A stretch of DNA of 51,022 nt from Candidatus Thorarchaeota archaeon (GCA_038893995.1 JAWAQK010000012.1:1-51022), one strand, 5' to 3'; shown: positions 16,548 to 26,943, counted from the stretch's first letter. The notes: a model not told the origin generated them from the sequence alone. Made by a program: numbers and translations.

Positions 16548-18315
16548 CGGCGTCCTCTCCCTGTGTGGGTCCCCTCTGCTTCTCGAATACCTCAACAAGG
16601 TCGTCGACAGTGGACGCCTGTGTGGGATCCTTGTCGTCTCTCCATCGTCCTGTGAATCGTGGAAACCTTATTGCGAGCCCGCCAGCCCGGAGCCTGTCCC
16701 GACCGGCAGGATGAATGGGGCTCACCGTTATCTCGTCTCCAAGCACCTCGATCACACACCTAGGCTCGAACCATACATCCGCCTCAATGTCAGATACGAC
16801 TCTTGGATGCCGAACGGGTATTATGTGGTGGTCCAGTCTCTCCTTGAACTGGGTCAGCATCTGGTCGGTGAAGCCAGTACCAATCTTACAGACAGTGGGA
16901 TAACTGTCGGTCTCCGGGTCGTAGACTGCCGCAAGTATCGCACCATAGACTCCGGTCCTCTTTCCCCTCCCGTGCATGGCCCCTACGACGACTAGATCGA
17001 ATGAGTCCGCCAATACCTCGCTGTACGAGGCCTTGAGCTTGATCCAGAGCCAGCTTCTCTGGCCCGGTTGGTATACAGACTGTTCATGGACCGCCTTGGC
17101 AATTACGCCCTCGTGTCCCTCACTCAGGGCCTCAGAGAGGATCTCGTTCAATCTCTCGGGTTGGTCTGTGAGTTCTGCTCTCGTCAAGTCCATGCGCGGT
17201 CCAACCTTGACAATGTTCTCTAGCATTTTCCTCCTCTCGAGAAGGGGCAGGTCCATGATGGTCCGGCCATCGACATAGAGTGCGTCGAAGAGATACAACG
17301 CTGTCGGGACCTCCGTAGTCATTGCGTCTATTCCGGTCTTCCTCCTGCGTCGCATCAGCTCCTGAAACGGACGTACCCGTCCCGTTTCGATGTCGGTAGC
17401 GACACACTCTCCCTCAAGGACGCACTCTCTGGCAGTCACACTGTTCTTGACCAGTTCCACGATGTCTGGGTACTGGGCAGTTATCATCTCGTGCCGTCTG
17501 GAGAAGAGAATTATCTCGCTACCCCGCTTGTGAATCTGCAGACGTTCTCCGTCGTACTTGTACTCCACGAGCGCTCGACCGCCAGTCTTCTCAAGGATCT
17601 CACGCGGGTTGGCCAGTTTTTTGGCTGCCATCATCATTATGGGTCTTCCGACCTCAATCCCTATCTGTCTGACAGCATCGATGCCCTGGCTGGCAAGTAT
17701 GTGGGCTATGTTGGGTAGGTCACTATTGACGTAGAGTGCTCTCTCTATGATGGGACTCGCACTCTTACCTTCAGTGAAGGCCAGCGCCAGCGCGTCCACT
17801 ATACTCATTGTCCCAAGTCCCAGTCTGAGGTCGCCAATGACGGTACGTAGGATGTACCTCGCCTCTATGGGTTCTGCGTCAGCGAGCAGTCCCACGAGTA
17901 TGGAAACCTTGTCTCTGGTACTGCCCTGACCTGACGACTTTGCAACCGAGTACAGAGTGTCAAATACCCTCTTCACAGTTATCTCCTCTCTGAACAGGCT
18001 GCCCTGCGCACTGTTCCTGAGGAGTTCTTCTGCGGTCGTGCCTATGTCCCCAGTCTTCTTCAGGAGTTCGAGTACGTCCCGTTCGCGGACTGACGCAGCT
18101 GCGGCGACGACCTGAATGGTAGTCTTCTCCGCAAGACCCAGCTCCGGTTCTCCCATCCAGTCGGGGAAGAGTCTCCCAAGAGTAAGTGCGACTATGTGTG
18201 CTACCTCGGATGGTGCAGCTCTCTTGAGGACCTCTGAGAAGAGCCTGATCTTCTCGAGCATTCCCGATACCGACTCTATCTGGTCGTAGGCACTCGCCAA
18301 CTCTCTGTAGAGCAT
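16537..18315 (-). CDS. lig: ATP-dependent DNA ligase (archaeal type)
   Basis: EYKYDGER adenylation motif, EGE, FDALY, EGVIAK, WIKLK, DLVVVGA and IRFPRF motifs. Confidence 0.97.
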   Translation of the reverse strand: MLYRELASAYDQIESVSGMLEKIRLFSEVLKRAAPSEVAHIVALTLGRLFPDWMGEPELGLAEKTTIQVVAAAASVRERDVLELLKKTGDIGTTAEELLRNSAQGSLFREEITVKRVFDTLYSVAKSSGQGSTRDKVSILVGLLADAEPIEARYILRTVIGDLRLGLGTMSIVDALALAFTEGKSASPIIERALYVNSDLPNIAHILASQGIDAVRQIGIEVGRPIMMMAAKKLANPREILEKTGGRALVEYKYDGERLQIHKRGSEIILFSRRHEMITAQYPDIVELVKNSVTARECVLEGECVATDIETGRVRPFQELMRRRRKTGIDAMTTEVPTALYLFDALYVDGRTIMDLPLLERRKMLENIVKVGPRMDLTRAELTDQPERLNEILSEALSEGHEGVIAKAVHEQSVYQPGQRSWLWIKLKASYSEVLADSFDLVVVGAMHGRGKRTGVYGAILAAVYDPETDSYPTVCKIGTGFTDQMLTQFKERLDHHIIPVRHPRVVSDIEADVWFEPRCVIEVLGDEITVSPIHPAGRDRLRAGGLAIRFPRFTGRWRDDKDPTQASTVDDLVEVFEKQRGPTQGEDADGP

Positions 18316-18353
18316 CAGCCTTGGGGCCTCGGACCCAGCAATCTACCACATTG

Positions 18354-18361
18354 TTTATAAA
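18354..18361. promoter_or_regulatory. Palindromic TATA box, probably shared by divergent lig and rps17e
   Basis: TTTATAAA is self-complementary and lies about 40 bp from the lig start and about 48 bp from the rps17e start. Confidence 0.6.
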
Positions 18362-18408
18362 TGCACTCGGGAGGACGGCTTGTCCAATCAATATAGGGTG
18401 ATGCCGTC

Positions 18409-18651
18409 TTGGGCAGTATCCGTCAGGGCTACATTAAGATTGCCGCAAGGAAGATCTTTCAAGACTACAGAGACGAACTGACAGCTGACTTTGAAACTAA
18501 CAAGCGCATAGTCGAGCAGTATACTGATGTTAAGAGTAAGACGGTCCGGAACAGACTGGCTGGATATCTGGTGACGGTCGTCAAGAGAGAAACTGCCAGA
18601 CAGAACAGAGAGGCCACTCAAAACGAGGAACCTATCGATACAGAGATGTAG
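18409..18651 (+). CDS. rps17e: 30S ribosomal protein S17e
   Basis: MGSIRQGYIKIAARKI...DFETNK...SKTVRNRLAGY is the S17e signature; TTG start. Confidence 0.95.
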   Translation: MGSIRQGYIKIAARKIFQDYRDELTADFETNKRIVEQYTDVKSKTVRNRLAGYLVTVVKRETARQNREATQNEEPIDTEM

Positions 18652-18736
18652 TGATTCATCCCACGGCACATTTCTCTGTATGCGGTGTGGCCCCAATTCT
18701 CACATGCTATTTCTCCTTCTCCTACCCACGAGGGGT

Positions 18737-18773
18737 GTCAGGACCGACGGACTCGGTTCACGTCAGTCCTGAC
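18737..18773. terminator. Stem-loop between convergent rps17e and the flippase-like gene
   Basis: GTCAGGAC (18737-18744) pairs with GTCCTGAC (18766-18773), with an inner GACG/CGTC stem. Confidence 0.4.
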
Positions 18774-18787
18774 GACGCACTCCGCTC

Positions 18788-21487
18788 CTAGATGATGAGC
18801 TGCTTCTTCTGTCTGGTCAGCTCGTCCGCCTCTGCCATGGCAGAGTCGTAGATATCTATTGGGAACCGGTCGTGAAGTGGTGAGATTGCTGCTCCGAGAG
18901 CCACTGAGCCGTAGAACCTTCTCGCAAGCCAGCCAATGCCCCTGATCCTCACCATTCCTGCCGCCCTCTTGAACTCCTTCATTGTGCGGTCGTCCCACGT
19001 CCCCGAGATGCCGCTCAAGAATGAGAACAGGTATAGAGATGGCAGGGTGCCAACGAAGAAGATGAACGCAGAGGTGATCAGGTCGTTCTGCCAGACCATC
19101 TGAGAGAACAACTCGAGGACGATGAAGTTACCTACGGCAGCAATGGCAGGTCCCACGTAGCTCTGCCAGATGTACAGCTTGGGCGACGAGATCGTCCTGC
19201 GGATGATCACCCATGCGGCTATGTCCTTGACGAACAGCCCTATGCAGTAGCCAACTATTATCCCCGGCATACCACCCAGGTAGACTCCGAGGACCACAGG
19301 CTCGTAGATCACGAACAGGGTCATTGCTACTGCTCGGATTGCCTGCTCAAGTACCCAGACGAGCGCAGCAAGACCAGTCCTATCGGCACCGGCAAACATC
19401 CAGTCACCGAGCCAGCTCCAGAAGCCCATCAGCTGGAACAGGAGGAAGAACCAGAGCAGGTGTGCTGCATATGCCCACTGGGGGCCAGCCGCACCGAGGA
19501 TGGCCCTCGGCCCCACTGCTGCCAGTACGGAGATCAACCAGAACACAAAGAATGCACCATACTTGAGACCCTGGGCGGTGTAGAGCTTCGTGAGTTCCAT
19601 CTTCTTGTGCGAATACGCCTCTGATATTCCTCCCAGCATCCCCTCCATGAAGAGGCCCACCACACTCACCATTATGGCGAGATCCCACGCCAACTGGTAT
19701 TGACCCTGCAGTGCTGACCAGTTCAGAAGGTTAGTGCTGACAAGCACCATCTGGTAGAACCAGACCAAGGGGACAGTTGCTGCACCCACAGTCCACTTTG
19801 CCCCGAACTTCAGTGCCCTCTTGAACTGGTCCGCTCCAAAGTCTACACGGAAGAGAGTGCTTGGGCGCAGGCCCAGCCTTCTGAATAGAATTAATGACAC
19901 GCCGAAGGTCATCCACTCGGTGAGGTACGCACCGACAGCCTGCCCAATGGCTGCTCCCATGGCCTCGCCAAAGACGGGGTTCTGAGCACCCCACCACCGA
20001 AACACTACAATCATTGTATAGGGACCGACTATGTTGAATACAGCATAGTACAGGATGTCGGTTATCTGCTGCATGTCGATCCTGTTCATCCCGCGGAAGA
20101 CCTGTGCGAATAGTAGAGTAATTCCAGGGAACTGGAACAGGGAGTGAGCTATGAATATGTATGACAGATGTGCCAGGTATGTGTGGGGGAAGAAGATTGA
20201 ACCCATGAAAGCCACAAGAGTGATCTGGACGACGCCAGTGAGGGACTGGAACCAGACAAATATCTGGGCGTACTTGATGGCCTCATCCGGCTGGTCTACA
20301 CGATACTCTGCGAAGTACTTGGCAAGCGCGACCATTGTCCCCATGTCAAAGATTGTCCACAGCCCGATGAACAGGTTGACACTGAAGGAATACCATCCTG
20401 CCGCCTGAGGGAATGGCATGATGTATCTGGGATAGATCATGACTGAGAGCACTACACGGGGTATCACGATGATGAGTGTGATGAACAGCTGGATCAGGAA
20501 CCCCCCCAGTTGCCTGTGCATGCCGATCTCCTCCCAGTCGTCTATCTTCTCCTTGACCTGGACAAGGAGGCCGGCCTGTCTTATGTTCGTGAGTGCCTCT
20601 GTGTGCGCACGGGAGTGTCGTCTCACCTTGATGAAGGCGCTGACTGTGGTCACTGCAAGGACCGCAACGAGTGAACCAATCACTATCTGTTCCTGCCGAT
20701 GGGGGACTGGTGAGTACGCCCACTCAGCATAGGTGTAGGGCTCTTCACCTGCGAGATGCAGACTGGCCGAATAGATGAAGTAGTTGAAATAGGGCCAGAT
20801 CACTATCTCACGGTTGGTCTGTGGTTCCTCAGCGGAACTGTTGAGAGTCAACCAAGGAGTATAGACAAGTATCGTGCCAGTGCCTAGTGTGGTGCGGGTC
20901 AAGATGGGATGTCCTCCCATGCCGAACCCCCTGTCTTCCGCAAGGATCACTACCGTACCGACGGATACAGGTAGCACGGTCATCCTCTGGACAGTAGGCG
21001 CAGATGCCCAGTCGAATGTCACGAGTGGATCGGTCGGTGACATGACCCGTGTGACTATCTCCTTGCCCATCTCGCTCTCAGCGAGGCTGTTGTTGGCAGT
21101 GACGCCAATCTCTTGGAAGCCAGTACCGTCGGCTGTCATCCTGGGTCCGGTCAGTATGAACAGGCCTCCGCCTGAGCTGACAAACGAACTGAGGACTGCT
21201 AGATCGCCGGGACTGAACGGTGTGTCTATGACAATCAAGACATCTATGCCAGATGCAGCGAGTGCGAGGGCCGTCGTGTCGTATTCTTGGATATTGAATG
21301 CCGAACTGTCGAGTGCGAGGGCGCTCATCACTGCCGGGGCCTGTTGGCCTCCCACCACGCCCACGTCAACGTCCGGTGCTGATTGTGCAGGAACGGTGGG
21401 GCCGGCAACAACCACAATGCCGATGGCTGTCGGCAGGAGCATGATCATTGTAAAGATAATGAGTCCATAGCGTGCAGGGCTGACCAT
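18788..21487 (-). CDS. Large membrane protein: extracellular GATase1-like domain fused to a MOP-superfamily (oligosaccharide flippase-like) domain
   Basis: N-terminal signal/TM segment, soluble domain with IDVLIVID...LSSFVSSGGGLFILTG, then a TM segment and about 14 further TMs with FDMGTMVALAKYFAEYR, typical of Wzx/MATE-like flippases. Confidence 0.7.
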   Translation of the reverse strand: MVSPARYGLIIFTMIMLLPTAIGIVVVAGPTVPAQSAPDVDVGVVGGQQAPAVMSALALDSSAFNIQEYDTTALALAASGIDVLIVIDTPFSPGDLAVLSSFVSSGGGLFILTGPRMTADGTGFQEIGVTANNSLAESEMGKEIVTRVMSPTDPLVTFDWASAPTVQRMTVLPVSVGTVVILAEDRGFGMGGHPILTRTTLGTGTILVYTPWLTLNSSAEEPQTNREIVIWPYFNYFIYSASLHLAGEEPYTYAEWAYSPVPHRQEQIVIGSLVAVLAVTTVSAFIKVRRHSRAHTEALTNIRQAGLLVQVKEKIDDWEEIGMHRQLGGFLIQLFITLIIVIPRVVLSVMIYPRYIMPFPQAAGWYSFSVNLFIGLWTIFDMGTMVALAKYFAEYRVDQPDEAIKYAQIFVWFQSLTGVVQITLVAFMGSIFFPHTYLAHLSYIFIAHSLFQFPGITLLFAQVFRGMNRIDMQQITDILYYAVFNIVGPYTMIVVFRWWGAQNPVFGEAMGAAIGQAVGAYLTEWMTFGVSLILFRRLGLRPSTLFRVDFGADQFKRALKFGAKWTVGAATVPLVWFYQMVLVSTNLLNWSALQGQYQLAWDLAIMVSVVGLFMEGMLGGISEAYSHKKMELTKLYTAQGLKYGAFFVFWLISVLAAVGPRAILGAAGPQWAYAAHLLWFFLLFQLMGFWSWLGDWMFAGADRTGLAALVWVLEQAIRAVAMTLFVIYEPVVLGVYLGGMPGIIVGYCIGLFVKDIAAWVIIRRTISSPKLYIWQSYVGPAIAAVGNFIVLELFSQMVWQNDLITSAFIFFVGTLPSLYLFSFLSGISGTWDDRTMKEFKRAAGMVRIRGIGWLARRFYGSVALGAAISPLHDRFPIDIYDSAMAEADELTRQKKQLII

Positions 21488-21610
21488 CTCTCAGACACCT
21501 TCAAGCTACCTGGTATTCGCGGCCGACCTCCTAATATCACTGTCGGAGGACTTCATGTGACATGTTGGAGATGAATTGACTTAAGAAGCACACAGGGCCG
21601 GTAATGCATC

Positions 21611-22657
21611 ATGGTACCGGGGAGCAACCTACTGGTCCACGGTGATTGTCTAGGCCTGCTTCGGTCTTTGAGCGAGAGCCTACGAGGGTCTGTCAGAATG
21701 ATCTACATTGACCCCCCATTCTTCTCTGGCTCAGACTACAGCCTGAGACTTCGTCCCCAGGATGAGAATGCCAGTGGGACTGATGTACAGGACATACCCA
21801 CCTTCTCTGATAGATGGGAGAATGACATCGACCACTACTGCTCGTTCATGCGACCACGACTTGAGCTTATGCATACGCTCCTGAGGGAAGACGGAAGTCT
21901 GTGGGTGCATCTTGACTGGCACGTGTCACACTACATCAAGGTCATGCTCGATGAGATATTCGGGTATCACTCATTTGTGAACGAGATTGTCTGGAAGAGG
22001 ACAAACAGTCCAAAGGCTCAGACCGAGGGGTTTGGTAGCCAGCACGACATCATACTGCTCTACGCACGCAATCCTTCATCCTTCAGATTTCGAACTGTCT
22101 ACAGAGAACATGACGCAGTTTCAACACGACCCTACATCTACCACGACGAGAGGGGCCGATTCAGACTGGTCGAGATAGAGGCGCAGGGTATTCAGAGGAC
22201 TCCTGACAGAAGACGGTACGAGTGGAGGGGTAGAGTGGCCCCGTATCTGTACCGGAAGGAGACTCTCGATCGCTGGTGGGACGAGGGTCTGATATATGTC
22301 AGTAAGAATGGTCGGTACTCGAAGAAACAGTACCTGTCCGAGAGGGTCGGTGTACCTGTATCTGACCTGTGGCTTGATATTCCCCCTCTTCAGGGTTCAT
22401 CTTCTGAATATACAGGCTTCCTGACCCAGAAGCCGGTCGCCCTGCTGAGCCGCATGATCGAGTGTGCTACAGACAGGGGAGACATAGTCGCCGACTTCTT
22501 TGCAGGTTCGGGCACGACAGGTGTGGCTGCTGAGGTCATGGGTCGGAGGTGGATCCTCTGTGATGTCTCGGAGGTTGCAATTCGATTGTGCGAGAGACGG
22601 CTGCAGGAGGTCAGTTCTGAAGCCTCTACCTTTACGGTCATGAAACTCGATGATTGA
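21611..22657 (+). CDS. Site-specific DNA N6-adenine/N4-cytosine methyltransferase, beta class
   Basis: IYIDPPF catalytic motif before the DFFAGSGTT SAM-binding motif; also NEIVWKR and TQKPVALL. Confidence 0.93.
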   Translation: MVPGSNLLVHGDCLGLLRSLSESLRGSVRMIYIDPPFFSGSDYSLRLRPQDENASGTDVQDIPTFSDRWENDIDHYCSFMRPRLELMHTLLREDGSLWVHLDWHVSHYIKVMLDEIFGYHSFVNEIVWKRTNSPKAQTEGFGSQHDIILLYARNPSSFRFRTVYREHDAVSTRPYIYHDERGRFRLVEIEAQGIQRTPDRRRYEWRGRVAPYLYRKETLDRWWDEGLIYVSKNGRYSKKQYLSERVGVPVSDLWLDIPPLQGSSSEYTGFLTQKPVALLSRMIECATDRGDIVADFFAGSGTTGVAAEVMGRRWILCDVSEVAIRLCERRLQEVSSEASTFTVMKLDD

Positions 22658-23103
22658 GGGTTGCTCTGTGGCGTCTTGAAAGGTCGACTTTAGGACGATG
22701 CGCTGAAGACAAGCGACATGGTTCCTGATCAGTGTGGTCTTACCTGGCGGCGAGTATCTCCTCCGGGTCTTCTGACGGAAACTGATGTCGTCGTAGGTGG
22801 ACGAGTCATATCTCGAGTTCGGTCGCGGCGGAGGGTAAACACTCAGATGACAGTGCATGTGCGGAGAGCCACTCTTCATGGGCCACGTGATTGCTGGCCA
22901 AGAACCACTCATTCCTGTATTGTGGTCAGTGCCATCAGTGCCAGACCAGAACTGTCGAGATCTGGTTTCAGCGCATTGAGGCCCTCCGGGCGACAATGGA
23001 TGACGCACGTGTGGTGACGAGAGGGACCTCTACGATAACGTCGCAAGCTCTACCGGACCTGACTCATCTGATCTCGAATCAGCCCTGCCTCGGCCGTCAG
23101 GTA

Positions 23104-23319
23104 TTACTCCTCCTCGTCCTCGTCTTCCTCATAATCATCCTCGTCATAATCCTCGTACTCACAGACATCAAAGTCAGCTGAGATCTCTATCTGTCCCCAT
23201 CTCACGGTCAGGGTCGTGATATCTTCGCTGTATCTATCAACAATTTTGAAGAATGCATTTACGGCGTCTCTGAGTTCCGCGTTCTGGATGGTGACATCCT
23301 GGGCCCTCTTGTCTGACAT
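23104..23319 (-). CDS. Small protein (71 aa) with a highly acidic C-terminal tail
   Basis: MSDKRAQDV...ISADFDVCEYEDYDEDDYEEDEDEEE; ATG 23319 preceded by a GGGGTG SD-like sequence. Confidence 0.7.
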   Translation of the reverse strand: MSDKRAQDVTIQNAELRDAVNAFFKIVDRYSEDITTLTVRWGQIEISADFDVCEYEDYDEDDYEEDEDEEE

Positions 23320-23578
23320 ATGTTCACACCCCAAGTAGCTATTCCCGTATCCATCCCGGCCATCTGCACACATGCACTCGAGTAACGTGCATGGTATCGA
23401 ATCCGAGGATACTGGGAGTCACCACCACTTGTACCTCTAATATGGCTTTCTACACTGAACCAGCTCTTGGTGGCGAACACATGTCCGTCACTCGGTGACA
23501 CATGGGTGGGGTGCACTATCACGTCTCATTATCGTCCGGACATGATGACGGACAAGCCGTCAGGCCTCTCTCGACATC

Positions 23579-24445
23579 CTACACCATTCTCTCATCGATG
23601 AGGGCCTGAACCTCCGCTAGGCTTGTCACATGGTCCCTGAGTCTACCGTCGGAAGGTAGTGCGAGACCTGACGCGAGGTCTGGTCTGTGAGCCCTATAGA
23701 AGACTCCTATGGGTATACGGTCTCCGGACTCCATTCCCTTCATGATGGCGGCAGAGAGGTCTGTCGTGTCATGGCCCTCTTCCTGAAGTGAATAGATCCT
23801 CTTATTGTAGTACGCCCACGTGAGTTCGCGGTTCCATGTCACACATGGCTGAATGATGTCGATGAAGGCAAACCCATCGTGCATTATTGCCTCCTTCATC
23901 ATGTTGACCAGTCCCTTCTGGTCGCCGGAGTATCCCCTGGCGACATACGTGGCTCCCCCTACGAGAGCCAGTGGCACCGGGTTCACAGGATCCATGGGCG
24001 CACCCGGGGGCGGAGGTGATGTCTTGGAAACATAACCCCTTGGCGCAGATGGTGAGAACTGCCCCTGTGTGAGACCGTTTACTCCGTTGTTGTGCAGGAA
24101 TACTGCGATCCTCACATTCCTTCTGGCTGCGTGCAGGAAGTGACCAAGTCCCTCGCCCAGGGTGTCCCCGTCTCCCACGTGCACTATTACTCTCAGATCC
24201 TTGTTGACAGCGTGAACCGCTGTCGCGATCGGGATTGCACGACCATGAAGCGAGTGCATCGAGTTGAGGTTGATATAGTGTGGAATCTTCCCTGAACATC
24301 CTATCCCCGATATGAGGACGAGGTTCTCGTGAGCAACATCGAGTTCGGAGATTGCCTTCTTCAGGGCTGCAAGAATGCCAAAGTTACCGCAACCCGTACA
24401 CCACGTTACTTTCTGTGCTCCCTCCAACTGCTCGATCGGGATCAT
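23579..24445 (-). CDS. korB: 2-oxoacid:ferredoxin oxidoreductase beta subunit
   Basis: WCTGCGNFG, SGIGCS, LHGRA, GDGD TPP-binding motif and IIQPCVTW. Confidence 0.93.
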   Translation of the reverse strand: MIPIEQLEGAQKVTWCTGCGNFGILAALKKAISELDVAHENLVLISGIGCSGKIPHYINLNSMHSLHGRAIPIATAVHAVNKDLRVIVHVGDGDTLGEGLGHFLHAARRNVRIAVFLHNNGVNGLTQGQFSPSAPRGYVSKTSPPPPGAPMDPVNPVPLALVGGATYVARGYSGDQKGLVNMMKEAIMHDGFAFIDIIQPCVTWNRELTWAYYNKRIYSLQEEGHDTTDLSAAIMKGMESGDRIPIGVFYRAHRPDLASGLALPSDGRLRDHVTSLAEVQALIDERMV

Positions 24446-26169
24446 CTCACTCCTACCTCCCTGAGTTGGGCAAGGACCCAGTCCGTAGTCATGGGTCTGC
24501 CATCGTACTTGTTTATGTGCTCTCGTATCATGACGCCTGACTCCATCTGTAACAGCTTTGCAAACTGTGAGCTGGGATTTCCTTCAATGGAAATGATTCT
24601 GGTGTTCCTCTTCACAAGGTCCCTGAGGATCTCTGTCCGGGGCGGAAATACGTCGCAGTAGTGTAACTGGTTGACGGAGACTCCGTCAGATGACAGGATG
24701 TTCATGGCCTCGTACACTGGTCCCCAGCTAGACCCCCATGTCAGAAGAGTGGTGTCAGCATCCTCCTCTCCGTAGAGTGCTGGAGGACGCATTTCAGACC
24801 TTATGCGAGGCACCTTCCTGAGGAACTTCTCGACCATGGCGTTTCGTACAGCCGCGTCCTCGGTTATGTGACCATTCTCAAGATGGGTGTTTCCGTTGGC
24901 AACCACAATCTTGCCCGGGTCTCCTGGAAACGCACGCGGAGAAACGCCGTCCTCGGTCAGCAGGTAGCGCTTGTACGGGCCTGGCTTGTCTGTAGGCTCA
25001 AGCTTTCCACGATCAATAGTCACTCTTGAAACATCAATCCTTGCAACGTTCATACTCGAGTCGGCGAAATACTGGTCTCCGAGTATTATCACAGGTACCT
25101 GGTACCTGTCAGACAGGTTGAAGGCACGGACTGCAGTTTCAAAGGCCTCAACAGGATCCCTTGGTGCAAGTACTATCCTTGGAAAGTCTCCCTGGCCCGC
25201 AAATGTCACGAACAGCAGATCCCCCTGTTCGGTCCTGGTGGCAAGTCCCGTGCTCGGTCCTGGTCTCTGGGCATTGTATATCACGACTGGAGTCTCGGTC
25301 ATGGCTGCAAGACCGAGTGCCTCAACCATCAGTGAGAACCCTCCTCCCGATGTACTGACGATGGATCTTGCCCCGGCAAACGAAGCTCCTAATGCCATGC
25401 AAAGTGCAGCGATCTCATCTTCTGGTTGGAGCGCGCCGATCCTGAGCCTATGGGCGCTGGCCACTATCTCTTGGAACAGAGACGTCGAGGGACTCATGGG
25501 ATATGCGCTGGCCCACTTGACATTGGCTGCCATTGCCCCAAGTGCTAGGGCCGTGTTCCCGGTCAGCACGAGGGTGTCCCTCGATGGCCCCCATCCGAGT
25601 GAACTCAGATCGACCCTACATTTGCCCGTGAAACCCTGTGCGGTCATCTCATACAGAGCCCTTGCAACGGCTATGTTAGAGTTGACCACCTTCTCCCCCT
25701 TGCTCTTGAACATACTCTCCAGGGTCTTACTCACGAACTCGAAGGGGAATCTCAGTATTGCCGTCAGTGCGCCAAGAGCAGCAGCATTTGTCATTCTCTC
25801 GCTTCCTCCCACCTCCTTCGCGACCCTCTGAAGCGGGAGCCGGAGGTAGCATTCATTCTTCTCTTTGGTTGGTATGGCATCGTCATAGATGACGACTCCG
25901 CCGTCTGCAAGTGAGTCGACCTGTCTTGTGATGGCCTCCTCTGTCAGTGCGATTATGACATCGATACTGCTTCGGGCTGCGTAGACGGGTCTGTCTGACA
26001 CTCGCACCTGCGAGAAGTTGTATCCCCCGCGGATGCGCGATTCAAAGTCCTTGATTGTGAATGTGTAGTAACCTGCCTTCACGAACACGCGAGTGAGTAA
26101 GTCACCTATTGTGTCAATTCCTTGGCCGGCTGCGCCGCCTATGTTGAATGTGAAGTCCAAACATATCAC
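24442..26169 (-). CDS. korA: 2-oxoacid:ferredoxin oxidoreductase alpha subunit (gamma-alpha fusion)
   Basis: GGAAGQGI, SRIRGG, YPMSPST, EDEIAA, TSGGGFSLMVE and QRPGPSTG motifs; 4-nt overlap with korB. Confidence 0.93.
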   Translation of the reverse strand: MICLDFTFNIGGAAGQGIDTIGDLLTRVFVKAGYYTFTIKDFESRIRGGYNFSQVRVSDRPVYAARSSIDVIIALTEEAITRQVDSLADGGVVIYDDAIPTKEKNECYLRLPLQRVAKEVGGSERMTNAAALGALTAILRFPFEFVSKTLESMFKSKGEKVVNSNIAVARALYEMTAQGFTGKCRVDLSSLGWGPSRDTLVLTGNTALALGAMAANVKWASAYPMSPSTSLFQEIVASAHRLRIGALQPEDEIAALCMALGASFAGARSIVSTSGGGFSLMVEALGLAAMTETPVVIYNAQRPGPSTGLATRTEQGDLLFVTFAGQGDFPRIVLAPRDPVEAFETAVRAFNLSDRYQVPVIILGDQYFADSSMNVARIDVSRVTIDRGKLEPTDKPGPYKRYLLTEDGVSPRAFPGDPGKIVVANGNTHLENGHITEDAAVRNAMVEKFLRKVPRIRSEMRPPALYGEEDADTTLLTWGSSWGPVYEAMNILSSDGVSVNQLHYCDVFPPRTEILRDLVKRNTRIISIEGNPSSQFAKLLQMESGVMIREHINKYDGRPMTTDWVLAQLREVGVR

Positions 26170-26442
26170 CTGCTCAGAGCCTATTCGACGGGGTTATCCA
26201 CGTACTAATTAGTATTGTCAAAGGTCCCGCACGAAATTCCGAATTTGTCCGACGTATTCGCAGCAGCTCCAGCAGACGATCGTGCAAGTCTCCGGTGGTT
26301 CCTGCGAAACTCATGACTGGTACACTCTGCGTGCGACAGTGGAGATTGCCTCGGTACTCCTCTCTGCCCTCGGACGTACAGGTCTGCCAGATTCCCCACA
26401 CACCTGAGAATACTTATTAGGCCACGCAGGCCTTCAGACTCC

Positions 26443-26775
26443 GTGGCCACTGTTACCAGACGATGCCCGAAGTGCGGTAGTGTGAGGATCGTAGGTCCTC
26501 ATAGGATCTTTGGCGACCGGCACATCAAAATTGACCTTCCGGGCATCCTTACCGCAACTCTGGTGTGCTACGTCTGTGCTGACTGTGGCTATGCCGAGCT
26601 GTACTCGGACCAACTCGGTCTCAAGAACATCCGTAATGTACATCGCATTCCGGAGCCAGCTGCTGAGAGGACGCCCGGAGTGTCCTACTGCAGCTCCTGC
26701 TTCAGCGATGTGCCTCCCGACGCAGTCAGATGTCCTGTCTGTGGTGCCGGTCTGAAGTCCCGTGATGATCGATGA
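26443..26775 (+). CDS. Double zinc-ribbon protein
   Basis: Four CxxC pairs: CPKC, CADCGYAELY, CSSC and CPVCG. Confidence 0.8.
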   Translation: MATVTRRCPKCGSVRIVGPHRIFGDRHIKIDLPGILTATLVCYVCADCGYAELYSDQLGLKNIRNVHRIPEPAAERTPGVSYCSSCFSDVPPDAVRCPVCGAGLKSRDDR

Positions 26776-26840
26776 TGCCCGAGGTGATCTCCGCTCCGCA
26801 CACGTTTCTGGTGAGACAGCCGCCTGATACCAAAGACAAT

Positions 26841-26850
26841 GTTTTTATAG
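26841..26850 (+). promoter_or_regulatory. Putative TATA box upstream of the thermosome gene
   Basis: TTTTTATA(G) about 95 bp upstream of ATG 26944. Confidence 0.45.
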
Positions 26851-26943
26851 CATAGCCAGAAGTGCATGTACAGTTTTGTGAGTTGCTTAGGGCCCAATCC
26901 GAGCTAGGGAAGGAGAGGCCTGATAGCAGCAGTAACGGAGACG

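Noticed and set aside
24971-25831. 286-aa plus-strand ORF
   Set aside because: Antisense to korA, Ser/Pro-rich, no recognisable domain.
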